From: Gemmatimonadales bacterium
Lineage (GTDB): Bacteria; Gemmatimonadota; Gemmatimonadetes; Gemmatimonadales; GWC2-71-9
Direction of reading: 5' to 3'
NCBI GenBank assembly: GCA_041577295.1
Contig: JBFGJG010000001.1
Location: 192,001-256,000 of the forward strand
DNA length: 64,000 nucleotides
Shown here: positions 9,909 to 19,392 of the stretch, one piece after another
How the letters are laid out: each line of letters opens with the position of its first letter
Position numbering within the stretch: position 1 is the stretch's first letter
Position numbers and translations under genes: made by a program
The notes under the pieces: model-generated
Databases searched by the model: none
Told to the model about the DNA's origin: nothing
The model's input: the letters and a program-made list of their open reading frames with translations, nothing else

Positions 9909-12179
9909 ATGATCACGACGCGGGCCCGCTCCCTCCCTGACGACCCGCCGATCACACCCGAGCTGGTTCGCGAACATGGCCTGAATGACGGAGAGTATGC
10001 CCGGATCGAGGCCATGCTCGGCCGCGCGCCTACCTTCTGCGAACTCGGCATTTTTTCCGCCCTGTGGAGCGAGCACTGTTCCTACAAGCACTCGCGCAAT
10101 GTGCTGCGTGGGTTTCCCACCGACGGTCCGCGCGTCATCCAGGGACCAGGCGAGAACGCCGGCGTGCTCCGCCTGCGAGATGGTTGGGCCGTGGCGTTCA
10201 AGATCGAGTCGCACAACCACCCATCGGCGGTTGAACCCTATCAAGGAGCTGCTACTGGCGTGGGTGGTATTCTCCGCGATGTGTTCACCATGGGAGCGCG
10301 CCCGGTAACACTGTTGAACAGTTTGCGATTCGGTCCACTTACCGAAGCACGGAATCGGTATCTGTTCGCCGGAGTGGTGCGGGGTGTCGGCGACTACGGT
10401 AACTGCGTCGGCGTGCCCACCGTTGGCGGTGAGGTCGTGTTTGGTGAGAGCTACAGCGGCAACCCGCTCGTCAACGCCATGTGCGTGGGCATCCTTCGGG
10501 AGGACCAGCTCATTCGCGCGGCTGCGCACGGCGTGGGCAACATCCTGTTGGCCGTTGGTGCCCGCACAGGTCGGGACGGCATTCACGGGGCGTCGTTCGC
10601 CTCCGAGGAACTGACCGCGGAGAGCGAGGCAAGGCGACCGCAGGTCCAAGTCGGCGACCCCTTTACTGAAAAACTTCTCCTCGAGGCGAGCCTCGAGTTA
10701 ATCGCGTCCGGCCACATCGTCGCGATCCAGGATATGGGAGCGGCCGGGCTCACGTCCTCATCGGCAGAGATGGCCGCACGCGGGGGTGTGGGTGTCGAGA
10801 TCGATGTATCGCGCTTGCCGACCCGCGAGCCGGACATGACTCCCTACGAGATGCTGCTCTCCGAGTCTCAAGAGCGGATGCTGGTGGTTGTCCGCCACGA
10901 TCGGGTGGCAGAGGCCCAGGAGATCGCGCGTAAGTGGGAGCTGACCGCCACACCCATCGGCAGGGTCACTGACGATGGCATGTACCGTGTTCGTCATGGG
11001 GAGACGGTGGTGGCGGAGATCCCCGGTGACCGATTGACCGAGGACTGCCCAGTCTACTCACCACATGCGGTCGAGAGTCCCGTGGCGGAAGCTAGACGCC
11101 AGCGCGCGCCCGACGCAGGAGATATCGATCCCCACGACGCGTTGGTCCGTTTGCTGGACGCACCCACAATCGCCTCCAAGCGCTGGGTCTACGAGCAGTA
11201 CGATTCGACGGTTCAGGCGTCCACCGTGATAGGTCCCGGAGGCGATGCTGGCGTCATCGGCATTCCCGGAACCACCATTGGGATCGCAACGGCCACAGAC
11301 GGCAACGCGCGGTACGTTTTGTTGGATCCGTACGAGGGCGGGAAAGCGGCGGTCGCGGAAGCGGCGCGCAACGTGGCCTGCACAGGAGCTCGCCCGATTG
11401 GCATCACCAACTGCCTCAACTTTGGGAATCCGGAAAAGCCCGACGTCTTCTATCAATTCCAGATGGCCTGCCGCGGTATCGCCGACGCCTGTAGCGCGCT
11501 GAGGACACCGGTCACTGGTGGGAACGTGTCATTCTATAATGAAAGCCCAACCGGCGCCGTCGACCCTACACCGGTGATCGGCATGGTGGGGATCCTGGAC
11601 GACGTGCGCGTGGCACGACCGTCGCATTTTCGTTCACCCGGTGACAGCATTGTCTTGTTGGGTGACTCACGGGGGCACATCGCCGGGAGTGGCTACTGGG
11701 AGTACGTGTTGGGCGTCGTGGCGGGCGCACCACCCCCCGTGGACCTCGACGCGGAGCGTCGGCTGGTGGAACTGCTCGTGGACCTCGCCCAACAGAATCT
11801 GATCACCAGCGCTCACGATGTCAGCGACGGAGGGCTCGCGGTGGCCTTGGCCGAAGCGTGCATCGGCGGTGCCTACGACCATGAGACGCTTGGGGCCGAT
11901 GTTGACCTCAGGTCGCTGGACACCACCGCATCGGTCCACGCCCTGCTCTTTGGCGAGGACCATGGCCGGGCCCTCCTGAGCCTTCCCACCACCGCCCTGT
12001 CCGATGTCACACGACGAGCGGCCAAACGCGGCGTTCCCTCCTGGGCGCTCGGACACGTTGGTGAGATTAACGGCGATTTGGTGATCCGTACGCGGGGCGC
12101 GATATTTCAATGGCCGACAGGCGACTTACGTACGCAATATGCGACGGCCATTCCCCGACGCATGCAGTTCCAGTCCTGA
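9909..12179 (+). CDS. purL: FGAM synthase subunit PurL (small type)
   Basis: [37 protein letters not shown] and AHDVSDGG. Confidence 0.97.
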   Translation: MITTRARSLPDDPPITPELVREHGLNDGEYARIEAMLGRAPTFCELGIFSALWSEHCSYKHSRNVLRGFPTDGPRVIQGPGENAGVLRLRDGWAVAFKIESHNHPSAVEPYQGAATGVGGILRDVFTMGARPVTLLNSLRFGPLTEARNRYLFAGVVRGVGDYGNCVGVPTVGGEVVFGESYSGNPLVNAMCVGILREDQLIRAAAHGVGNILLAVGARTGRDGIHGASFASEELTAESEARRPQVQVGDPFTEKLLLEASLELIASGHIVAIQDMGAAGLTSSSAEMAARGGVGVEIDVSRLPTREPDMTPYEMLLSESQERMLVVVRHDRVAEAQEIARKWELTATPIGRVTDDGMYRVRHGETVVAEIPGDRLTEDCPVYSPHAVESPVAEARRQRAPDAGDIDPHDALVRLLDAPTIASKRWVYEQYDSTVQASTVIGPGGDAGVIGIPGTTIGIATATDGNARYVLLDPYEGGKAAVAEAARNVACTGARPIGITNCLNFGNPEKPDVFYQFQMACRGIADACSALRTPVTGGNVSFYNESPTGAVDPTPVIGMVGILDDVRVARPSHFRSPGDSIVLLGDSRGHIAGSGYWEYVLGVVAGAPPPVDLDAERRLVELLVDLAQQNLITSAHDVSDGGLAVALAEACIGGAYDHETLGADVDLRSLDTTASVHALLFGEDHGRALLSLPTTALSDVTRRAAKRGVPSWALGHVGEINGDLVIRTRGAIFQWPTGDLRTQYATAIPRRMQFQS

Positions 12180-12180
12180 T

Positions 12181-13581
12181 ATGTGTGGCATCTTTGGAAT
12201 CGCCAATCACAGACGCGCCGCCGAGCTGACCTACCTCGGCTTGTACGCGCTGCAACACCGCGGGCAGGAGTCCGCCGGAATCGTGAGCGTCACCGAGGAG
12301 CGGCGCGCTCACGTTCGTCGCGGCATGGGGTTGGTGCACGACGTGTTCCCTCCCGCCTCGCTCGCCCGACTATCCGGATCGCTGGCAATTGGGCACACGC
12401 GCTACTCGACGGCCGGCGAATCGACGCCGGTCAACGTCCAACCGGTCCTCGTCAATTATCATGGCGGTCCTCTAGCGCTGGCACACAATGGGAACCTGAC
12501 CAACGCGGCACGTTTGCGCGAAGACCTGGTACGTAAGGGGTCCATCTTCCAGTCATCCTCGGATTCCGAGGTGCTCATTCACCTCGTGGCGCGCTCCGAG
12601 GCCCGCGTGCCGGAAGATCAGATCCTCGACGCCCTCGAACGTGTCGAGGGCGCGTACTCGCTCTTGCTCACCATTGGCCAAACGCTCTATGGCATCGTCG
12701 ATCCGCGGGGGTTCCGTCCTCTCGTGCTGGGTCAGCTTGGCGGGGCGTGGATCCTCACCTCGGAGACGTGCGCGCTGGACCTGGTGGGAGCCACGCTCGT
12801 GCGAGAGCTGGCACCCGGTGAGTGGCTCAAAGTGGAAAACGGTCAAGTACACGACTTGCCACCCCTCCCTGCGAAACCCCACCGGCGCTGTGTGTTCGAG
12901 CTGATCTACTTCTCACGGCCGGACAGCGTGGTGTTTGGCGAATCGGTCGATCGTGTCCGACGCGACCTCGGAAGACAGCTGGCCCGCGAACACCCGACGC
13001 CCGGCGCCGATTGTGTGTTCTCCGTCCCTGACTCATCAAATGCGATGGCGCTGGGCTACGCCGAAGAGAGTGGCATCAAGCTCGAACACGGGCTGATCCG
13101 CAGCCACTACGTGGGGAGGACATTCATCAATCCGGGTCAGGCCGATCGCACGGAGAAGGTCCGCATCAAGTTCAATCCGGTGCGGGGAATTATTCGCGAC
13201 AAGCGCGTCGTCGTGGTCGATGATTCGTTGGTTCGGGGTACGACCTCGCATGGTCTGATTCAGCTCATCCGCCAGGCCGGTGCTCGCGAGGTGCATCTGC
13301 GGGTCGCATCCCCGCCCATCACGGGCCCGTGCTATTACGGCATCGATACACCGGACCGCTCAGAGCTCATCGCGGCACAGTGTACCGTCAAAGAGATTCG
13401 GCAGCGGCTCGGAGTCGATACGCTCGGGTATCTCTCCCTCGAAGGTACCCTTGCCGCGGTGGGGGGAAAGCCTGACCGTTTCTGCCACGCCTGCTTCTCG
13501 GGGGCGTATCCCACAGCAGTGGACGACCAACCACACACGAGGGATGCGAGTCCGTTTCGTCAACCGTTAATGGTCGAGTAA
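12181..13581 (+). CDS. purF: Amidophosphoribosyltransferase
   Basis: N-terminal MCGIFG (Ntn Cys), QHRGQESAG, GHTRYST, the VVDDSLVRGTT PRT motif and Fe-S cysteines (CHACFSG). Confidence 0.97.
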   Translation: MCGIFGIANHRRAAELTYLGLYALQHRGQESAGIVSVTEERRAHVRRGMGLVHDVFPPASLARLSGSLAIGHTRYSTAGESTPVNVQPVLVNYHGGPLALAHNGNLTNAARLREDLVRKGSIFQSSSDSEVLIHLVARSEARVPEDQILDALERVEGAYSLLLTIGQTLYGIVDPRGFRPLVLGQLGGAWILTSETCALDLVGATLVRELAPGEWLKVENGQVHDLPPLPAKPHRRCVFELIYFSRPDSVVFGESVDRVRRDLGRQLAREHPTPGADCVFSVPDSSNAMALGYAEESGIKLEHGLIRSHYVGRTFINPGQADRTEKVRIKFNPVRGIIRDKRVVVVDDSLVRGTTSHGLIQLIRQAGAREVHLRVASPPITGPCYYGIDTPDRSELIAAQCTVKEIRQRLGVDTLGYLSLEGTLAAVGGKPDRFCHACFSGAYPTAVDDQPHTRDASPFRQPLMVE

Positions 13582-13584
13582 CGC

Positions 13585-16230
13585 ATGCCTGACGTCTACT
13601 GGTTCGGAAATGGCAGGGCCGACGGCCATGCTGGAATGAAGGATACCCTCGGGGGCAAAGGTGCGAACCTCGCCGAAATGACGAACCTCGGCATCCCGGT
13701 GCCGCCCGGCTTCACTATCTCGGCTCAACAGTGCGGCGTCTATCTCGAACACGGCCGGCTGCCCGATGCGCTGCGCTCTGAGGTGGAACAAGCCATGCGC
13801 CGGCTCGAGCAAGCGACCGGCCGCACGTTCGGCGATCCGCACACTCCGTTGCTGGTTTCGGTTCGCTCGGGCGCGAAGTTCTCGATGCCCGGCATGATGG
13901 ACACCATTCTAAACCTGGGACTCAACCAACGGACCGTCGCGGCGCTAGCGAGGCAGTCCGGCAACGACCGTTTCGCGTTCGATTCGTACCGACGCTTCGT
14001 GCAGATGTACGCTCAAGTGGTCTTCGGTCTAGCCGGGCATGGCGGCAAAAACCCGTTTGAGGCGGCCCTCGAAGAGCTGAAGCAAGAGCGCGGCGTTGAA
14101 CGGGATATCGATCTCGAGGCCAAGGACCTGCGAACCCTGGTGGACACCTATCGCTCGATCGTGGGGAACGGAACTGCGCGTCCGTTCCCCGATGATCCGT
14201 GGGACCAGCTGTGGGGCGCCATCGAGGCCGTCTTCAAGAGCTGGCAGACCAAGCGTGCCATCGACTATCGCCGGGTCCACCGGATACCCGATCACCTTGG
14301 AACCGCGGTCAACGTCGTCGCGATGGTCTACGGCAACATGGGCAACGATTCGGGTACCGGCGTGGCGTTCACCCGCGATCCCGCAACAGGTGAACAGCAG
14401 CTGTTTGGCGAGTTTTTGGTCAACGCACAAGGCGAAGACGTCGTGGCCGGCATACGCGATCCGGAACCCATTAGTCGCATGGATCAACGCTTGCCAAAGG
14501 CTGCCGAGCAGTTCCGTGAGATCTGCGCGCGCCTCGAGCAGCATTACCGCGACATGCAAGATGTGGAGTTCACCGTTGAACGCGGAAAGCTCTACCTGCT
14601 GCAAACCCGCACCGGGAAGCGAACGGCACAAGCCGCCGTTCGCATCGCGGTAGACATGGTAAAGGAGGGCTTGATCGACAGAGCCACGGCCATCAACCGA
14701 GTCGAGGCGGAGCAACTCCACCAGCTGTTGCATCCCACCGTCGACCCCGCCGCCGATCTGGCCGTCCTGACGACTGGTCTGCCAGCATCACCCGGCGCGG
14801 CCGTCGGGACGGTCGTGTTCGACGCAGATATAGCGGCCGAACGCGGGCAGGCCGGAGAAGCGGTAGTGCTTGTCCGTCGGGAAACGAGCCCGGACGACTT
14901 TCACGGCATGGTCGCGGCGCAGGCGATCCTTACCGCACGGGGTGGGATGACCAGTCACGCTGCGGTCGTGGCGCGCGGGATGGGGAAGACCTGTGTGGTG
15001 GGCGCGCGAGATATGGTTGTAGACGAAACGGCTCGGTGCTTCCATATCGACTCACGTGCGGTACAAGAAGGTGAATGGATCACCGTCGATGGTTCATCGG
15101 GACGAGTGTTCTTGGGACGCGCCCATTTGGTGGAGCCTCGGCCCTCTCCACAGCTGACCGAGCTCATGGGATGGGCAGACGACGTGCGACGACTACGCGT
15201 ACGCGCGAACGCCGACACCCCGGCGGACGCGGCCAAGTCCCGCGAATTCGGTGCAGAGGGCATCGGTCTCTGCCGCACCGAGCACATGTTCTTCGAAGGG
15301 GACCGCATCACCAAAATGCGCGAGATGATCTTGGCGACCGATGAGGCGGGCCGACGCCGCGCGTTGGATACGTTGGAGCCGATGCAGCGCGACGACTTCG
15401 TCGGCATCTTTCGCGCGATGGCCGGGTATCCGGTCACAATTCGCCTGCTCGATCCCCCACTGCATGAGTTCCTCCCCAAGGAAGAAGAGGACATTCAGGC
15501 CGTGGCCGTCGATCTCGGCACCGGTGTTGACCGCGTTCGCCGCACGGTCGAGAGTCTCACTGAAGCCAATCCGATGTTGGGGCATCGTGGCTGCCGATTG
15601 GGCATCACATACCCCGAGATCACGGAAATGCAGGCGCGGGCGATCTTCGAGGCCGCGTGCCAGGTCACCGCTGAGGGAATCGAAGTCCTCCCGGAAATCA
15701 TGGTCCCGCTGGTCTCCCACGTTGAGGAGCTCCGCCGGCAGGCCCAGATCGTTCGCGACGTCGCGGAGGCCGTTTTTCATGAATCCGGTAGGCGCGTCGA
15801 GTACTTGGTGGGCACCATGATCGAGTTGCCGCGCGCGGTCATGACGGCCGATGAGATCGCAGAGGCCGCCGAGTTCTTCTCGTTCGGCACCAACGACCTC
15901 ACGCAGACGACATTTGGCTTGTCGCGCGACGACGCCGGTCGCTTTCTTCCTGCGTACATCGAGGCGGGCATCCTCGCCGACGACCCGTTTCAGACCCTGG
16001 ACAGCGGTGTGGCCAAGCTCGTCGCCCTGGCAGTCGAGCTCGGCCGGAAGCGAAACCCCAAACTAAAGATCGGCATCTGCGGCGAACACGGTGGCGACCC
16101 CCGCTCCGTGGTTACGTGCCACCGACTCGGGCTGAATTACGTGAGCAGTTCGCCGTTTCGCGTCCCCATCGCCCGCCTTGCAGCCGCACAAGCCGCCCTG
16201 GGATCTATCGCAGAAAGCTCGACGGCATGA
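13585..16230 (+). CDS. ppdK: Pyruvate, phosphate dikinase
   Basis: LGGKGANLAEM, SMPGMMDT, GGMTSHAAVVARG (phospho-His), GLCRTEHM, FSFGTNDLTQ and GICGEHGG. Confidence 0.98.
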   Translation: MPDVYWFGNGRADGHAGMKDTLGGKGANLAEMTNLGIPVPPGFTISAQQCGVYLEHGRLPDALRSEVEQAMRRLEQATGRTFGDPHTPLLVSVRSGAKFSMPGMMDTILNLGLNQRTVAALARQSGNDRFAFDSYRRFVQMYAQVVFGLAGHGGKNPFEAALEELKQERGVERDIDLEAKDLRTLVDTYRSIVGNGTARPFPDDPWDQLWGAIEAVFKSWQTKRAIDYRRVHRIPDHLGTAVNVVAMVYGNMGNDSGTGVAFTRDPATGEQQLFGEFLVNAQGEDVVAGIRDPEPISRMDQRLPKAAEQFREICARLEQHYRDMQDVEFTVERGKLYLLQTRTGKRTAQAAVRIAVDMVKEGLIDRATAINRVEAEQLHQLLHPTVDPAADLAVLTTGLPASPGAAVGTVVFDADIAAERGQAGEAVVLVRRETSPDDFHGMVAAQAILTARGGMTSHAAVVARGMGKTCVVGARDMVVDETARCFHIDSRAVQEGEWITVDGSSGRVFLGRAHLVEPRPSPQLTELMGWADDVRRLRVRANADTPADAAKSREFGAEGIGLCRTEHMFFEGDRITKMREMILATDEAGRRRALDTLEPMQRDDFVGIFRAMAGYPVTIRLLDPPLHEFLPKEEEDIQAVAVDLGTGVDRVRRTVESLTEANPMLGHRGCRLGITYPEITEMQARAIFEAACQVTAEGIEVLPEIMVPLVSHVEELRRQAQIVRDVAEAVFHESGRRVEYLVGTMIELPRAVMTADEIAEAAEFFSFGTNDLTQTTFGLSRDDAGRFLPAYIEAGILADDPFQTLDSGVAKLVALAVELGRKRNPKLKIGICGEHGGDPRSVVTCHRLGLNYVSSSPFRVPIARLAAAQAALGSIAESSTA

Positions 16231-17117
16231 GCGAACGCATCCGGATTGCGTCGCTGCAGTACTTCGTGCGGCCTGTCCGGGCCTTCTCAGATTTCCGCGC
16301 CCAGGTGGAGGCCTTGCTGGAGACGGCGGTCGACTACAACTGCCAGCTCGTCGTGTTCCCTGAGTACTTCACGGTACAGCTACTGACACTCGGCAACGTC
16401 AGGCGACCCATCGAAGAGCAGATTCGGGACCTCGCCTCCCAGCGCGAGAACTACGTCAGCCTGTTCAGTGAGTTGGCGAAAAAGTTCAAGGTCTACGTCG
16501 TCGGCGGCACCATTCCCGTGATCGAAGATTCGGCACCGCACGTCTACAACGAATGCCACTTTTTTGGCCCGTCAGGTGACTTCGGCGTGCAGGGCAAGCT
16601 CCATATGACCCGCTTTGAGAACGAAGAGTGGAAGATCACGCCGAGGACGCAGCTGCGGCTCTTCGAAACGAGCTACGGACGCGTCGCTGTCGCCATCTGC
16701 TATGATGTGGAGTTCCCCGAGATCGCACGGGCCGCCGCGCGCCAAGAAGCCCATATCCTCGTCGTCCCGAGCTGCACCGACGACCGTCAAGGGTTTCTCC
16801 GCGTCCGCTATTGCGCACACGCACGAGCGATCGAGAACCAGATGTACGTCATTCAGTCTCACACCGTCGGTTCCTTGCCGATGGTCCCGGCGGTACACTT
16901 GAACTACGGCCAAGCCGCAATCCTCACCCCCAGTGATTTTCCGTTTGCACGGGACGGGATACTCGCCGAAGGTAACGTCAACCAAGAGATGATGGTGATC
17001 GGCGAGTTGAACCTCGAGACCATTACCCACTCTCGAGTGACAGGCACGGTCCTGCCACTCGAGGACTCTCGACGAACGGCAAGACTGGTTGAAACACTCG
17101 AGCTGCTGACGTTGTGA
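16227..17117 (+). CDS. Carbon-nitrogen hydrolase (nitrilase superfamily, YhcX-like)
   Basis: Glu-Lys-Cys triad in VFPEY, QGKLH and ICYDVEFPE; RVRYCAHARAIENQ. ATGA overlap with ppdK. Confidence 0.9.
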   Translation: MSERIRIASLQYFVRPVRAFSDFRAQVEALLETAVDYNCQLVVFPEYFTVQLLTLGNVRRPIEEQIRDLASQRENYVSLFSELAKKFKVYVVGGTIPVIEDSAPHVYNECHFFGPSGDFGVQGKLHMTRFENEEWKITPRTQLRLFETSYGRVAVAICYDVEFPEIARAAARQEAHILVVPSCTDDRQGFLRVRYCAHARAIENQMYVIQSHTVGSLPMVPAVHLNYGQAAILTPSDFPFARDGILAEGNVNQEMMVIGELNLETITHSRVTGTVLPLEDSRRTARLVETLELLTL

Positions 17118-17842
17118 AGCCAAAGACGTCCCACATCGAGGTCCGCCAGACCCAACTCACGGACGTCCCCGCGGTCATCGCGCTGTGTCAAGCCGTGTAC
17201 CCACAGTCTCCGCCTTGGAAACCAGAGCAACTCGAGTCCCATCTCGACCGCTTTCCCCACGGACAACTCGTTGCCGTCGAACGACCGACCGACCGGGTGG
17301 TGGGGATGGCGTCGAGCCTCATCGTCCGGTGGGACGAGTACGACATCGACGCCACGTGGCGCCACATGACCGCGTCCGGCTGGTTTACCAATCACGATCC
17401 CACCGGCCGTACCTTGTACGGCGCCGAGGTCATGGTGCACCCCGAGCTCCAGGGTCACGGGATAGGTAAGAGGCTCTATGCGGCCCGGCGCGATATCGCA
17501 CGGGGCCTGGGATTGCTACGCATCCGGGCAGGGGCACGCCTCCGTGGCTACCACAGATACGCCAGCGACCTGTCACCCGAGGAGTATGTGTTGCGCATCC
17601 TGCGGGGGGAGCTCAGCGATCCCACCCTCAGCTTTCAGCTGAAGCAGCGGTTTCGCGTCATTGCCGTGGTTGAGGGATACCTGCGGAACGATCCCGAGAG
17701 CCTTGGCCATGCCGCCGTTATCGAGTGGATCAACCACCAAGTGGCAACCCGAGATGATTGGAAAGGGCGGGATCCGCGCTTTGGCAAGCCGCGCAAAACA
17801 CCCAAGCAAAAGGACCTCCACAAGACTTCACATTCATCTTGA
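17114..17842 (+). CDS. GNAT-family N-acetyltransferase (YkwB/YhcX-N-like)
   Basis: Acetyl-CoA motif VMVHPELQGHGIGKRLY; FPHGQLV, NHDPTGRTLYG, DPTLSFQL and YLRNDPES. Confidence 0.88.
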   Translation: MKPKTSHIEVRQTQLTDVPAVIALCQAVYPQSPPWKPEQLESHLDRFPHGQLVAVERPTDRVVGMASSLIVRWDEYDIDATWRHMTASGWFTNHDPTGRTLYGAEVMVHPELQGHGIGKRLYAARRDIARGLGLLRIRAGARLRGYHRYASDLSPEEYVLRILRGELSDPTLSFQLKQRFRVIAVVEGYLRNDPESLGHAAVIEWINHQVATRDDWKGRDPRFGKPRKTPKQKDLHKTSHSS

Positions 17843-18101
17843 GGCTCTACATGTAATTAGCTGTTGAGCAACGATTTACCGTCTTCTTGGTAATCCACAA
17901 TCGATGTGGAAAACCCTGGCGCCTGACGCATTTTCTCGTCGCCTCAATTAGCGCCACTAGCACCGTGTCCGGCACCCTTCGCCTAGATCGGATCAGCGGC
18001 GACAGGCGTTCGATCCGAAACAGCCCACTCCCTCGGGTACCATCAACACCTATATTCGGCGCAGCGGGGGTCGTGCCGACCACCCAACTCCACCCTAGGC
18101 G

Positions 18102-18941
18102 GTGTCAGTGCTGACGGTCCCACCAGTTCGCCCTTGCGTACTCGCGGCGCTCGTGCTCTCCGTGCCGGGCCCAGTATGGGGTCAGTCCGTCGGTGGGCGG
18201 GTGTTGACCGGAGCACCCGAGCGTCCTCTGTCGGGAGCGTTCGTGCTGCTCCTCGACTCGGCAGGTGCGGTAACACGTGTCGTGGTAACTGATTCGGCGG
18301 GCATGTATGCCGTTCTCGCGCCATCGGATGGCCTCTACAACATCCGGGTCCGCCACGGCGGGTACGATATGGTGACGACTGCTCCGCTGCGCCTGAGGTC
18401 GGGCGAGTCTGTGCTGGCTGATCTGTTCTTGCCACAGACCGTGTTCGTGCTCGATCCCGTCACCGTCTCCGCATCCGCCACCACCGTGCCCACTGTCGGC
18501 GTGCTAGCCGGGTTCTACAGACGGATGGCTCGGGGGTGGGGACATTTCATCACGCGCGAAGAGATCCAAAAGCGGGGAGCGCGACGGATCTCCGAGTTGC
18601 TACACGGGATTCCGGACCTCCGGGTGATTCAGCGCAGCGAACTCGAAAGCACTATCCGAATCGGTACGGAGCTGTCCCGAGTCAACATCGGTCCGTTGAG
18701 CCTCGGGGAAGACGGGATGCCCGAGGTCGTAGGAGACATGCCACTGCGGTGTGCCCCGCTCCTGTACGTCGACGGTTTGAAGTTCGGGCGGGTAGATGAG
18801 GTGCTGGATCAGGTCGGCCCGACCGAGATCGAAGGCATCGAAATCTACCGGCGCTCGTCGGAGGTGCCTCCCGAGTTTGGTGGCATATACGCGCGTTGTG
18901 GCGTGATCGTCGTTTGGACCCGACGTACCCGAACAAACTGA
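18102..18941 (+). CDS. Secreted protein with carboxypeptidase-regulatory-like and TonB plug-like domains, no beta-barrel
   Basis: Signal peptide; GRV...PLSGAFVLL...TDSAGMY; ITREEI...ELLHGIPDL; LYVDG; EIEGIEIYR; CGVIVVWTR. Confidence 0.78.
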   Translation: MSVLTVPPVRPCVLAALVLSVPGPVWGQSVGGRVLTGAPERPLSGAFVLLLDSAGAVTRVVVTDSAGMYAVLAPSDGLYNIRVRHGGYDMVTTAPLRLRSGESVLADLFLPQTVFVLDPVTVSASATTVPTVGVLAGFYRRMARGWGHFITREEIQKRGARRISELLHGIPDLRVIQRSELESTIRIGTELSRVNIGPLSLGEDGMPEVVGDMPLRCAPLLYVDGLKFGRVDEVLDQVGPTEIEGIEIYRRSSEVPPEFGGIYARCGVIVVWTRRTRTN

Positions 18942-18968
18942 GGGCCCAAGGATTCTCCTTAGGCCCTC
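18940..18968. terminator. Hairpin between convergent genes, probable (bidirectional) terminator of ssrA
   Basis: GAGGGCC-CAAGGA-TTC-TCCTTA-GGCCCTC stem-loop with weak U-tracts on both sides. Confidence 0.55.
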
Positions 18969-18979
18969 CGTGACTTTGA

Positions 18980-19334
18980 TGGAGGCGCGGGGAATCGAAC
19001 CCCGGTCCGAACCTCGATCCAATACCGCTTCTACGTGCGTAGACTACGCTCTTTGGTCTCCGCCGGGCGGCGCGCAGCCAGCCTCTCGACAGACGAGCTT
19101 CCAACATTCTCACACGTGGTGCGGAAGCGTCACCTCGTGCCAGCTCGATTCATCGATGCCCGTTACCCCGCCTCGAGCGGGCAGTGTAGCGGACAGGTGC
19201 GTCAGCTAGTGCTTACGCAGCCAGAGCCAATTCAGTGTTGGCAATTGTGGTTTTTCCCAGTTGTTTCACCAGGGTACCGGGAACCTGGGCACGCTGCGAT
19301 ATCCTCACAAGACCCGTCGAAGCCAGTCGCCCCC
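18980..19334 (-). ncRNA. ssrA: tmRNA (transfer-messenger RNA), tag (A)ANTELALAA* at 19242-19213
   Basis: 5' GGGGGCGACTGGCTTCGAC pairs with 3' ...GGTTCGATTCCCCGCGCCTCCA, giving a G3-U acceptor pair and a T-arm. Internal tag ORF GCC AAC ACT GAA TTG GCT CTG GCT GCG TAA. Confidence 0.96.
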
Positions 19335-19363
19335 TCTCCTATCGTACGTAAACTACACTATGT

Positions 19364-19392
19364 AATATAGTTAAGTCGTTTACTCAGCTCAA
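19364..19392 (-). promoter_or_regulatory. Putative sigma70 promoter of ssrA
   Basis: TTGAGC (19392-19387), 17 nt, TATATT (19369-19364), about 30 nt upstream of the mature 5' end. Confidence 0.6.

Noticed and set aside
17843..18101. oriC
   Set aside because: Only two DnaA-box-like motifs, no dnaA/dnaN/gidA nearby, and gene orientation converges near here rather than diverging.
17843..18980. Genomic island integrated at the tmRNA 3' end
   Set aside because: No integrase and no repeated att copy of the ssrA 3' end were found in the window.
18980..19010. tRNA gene
   Set aside because: The T-arm and acceptor sequence belong to tmRNA; the matching 5' end is about 350 nt away and a tag ORF lies between.
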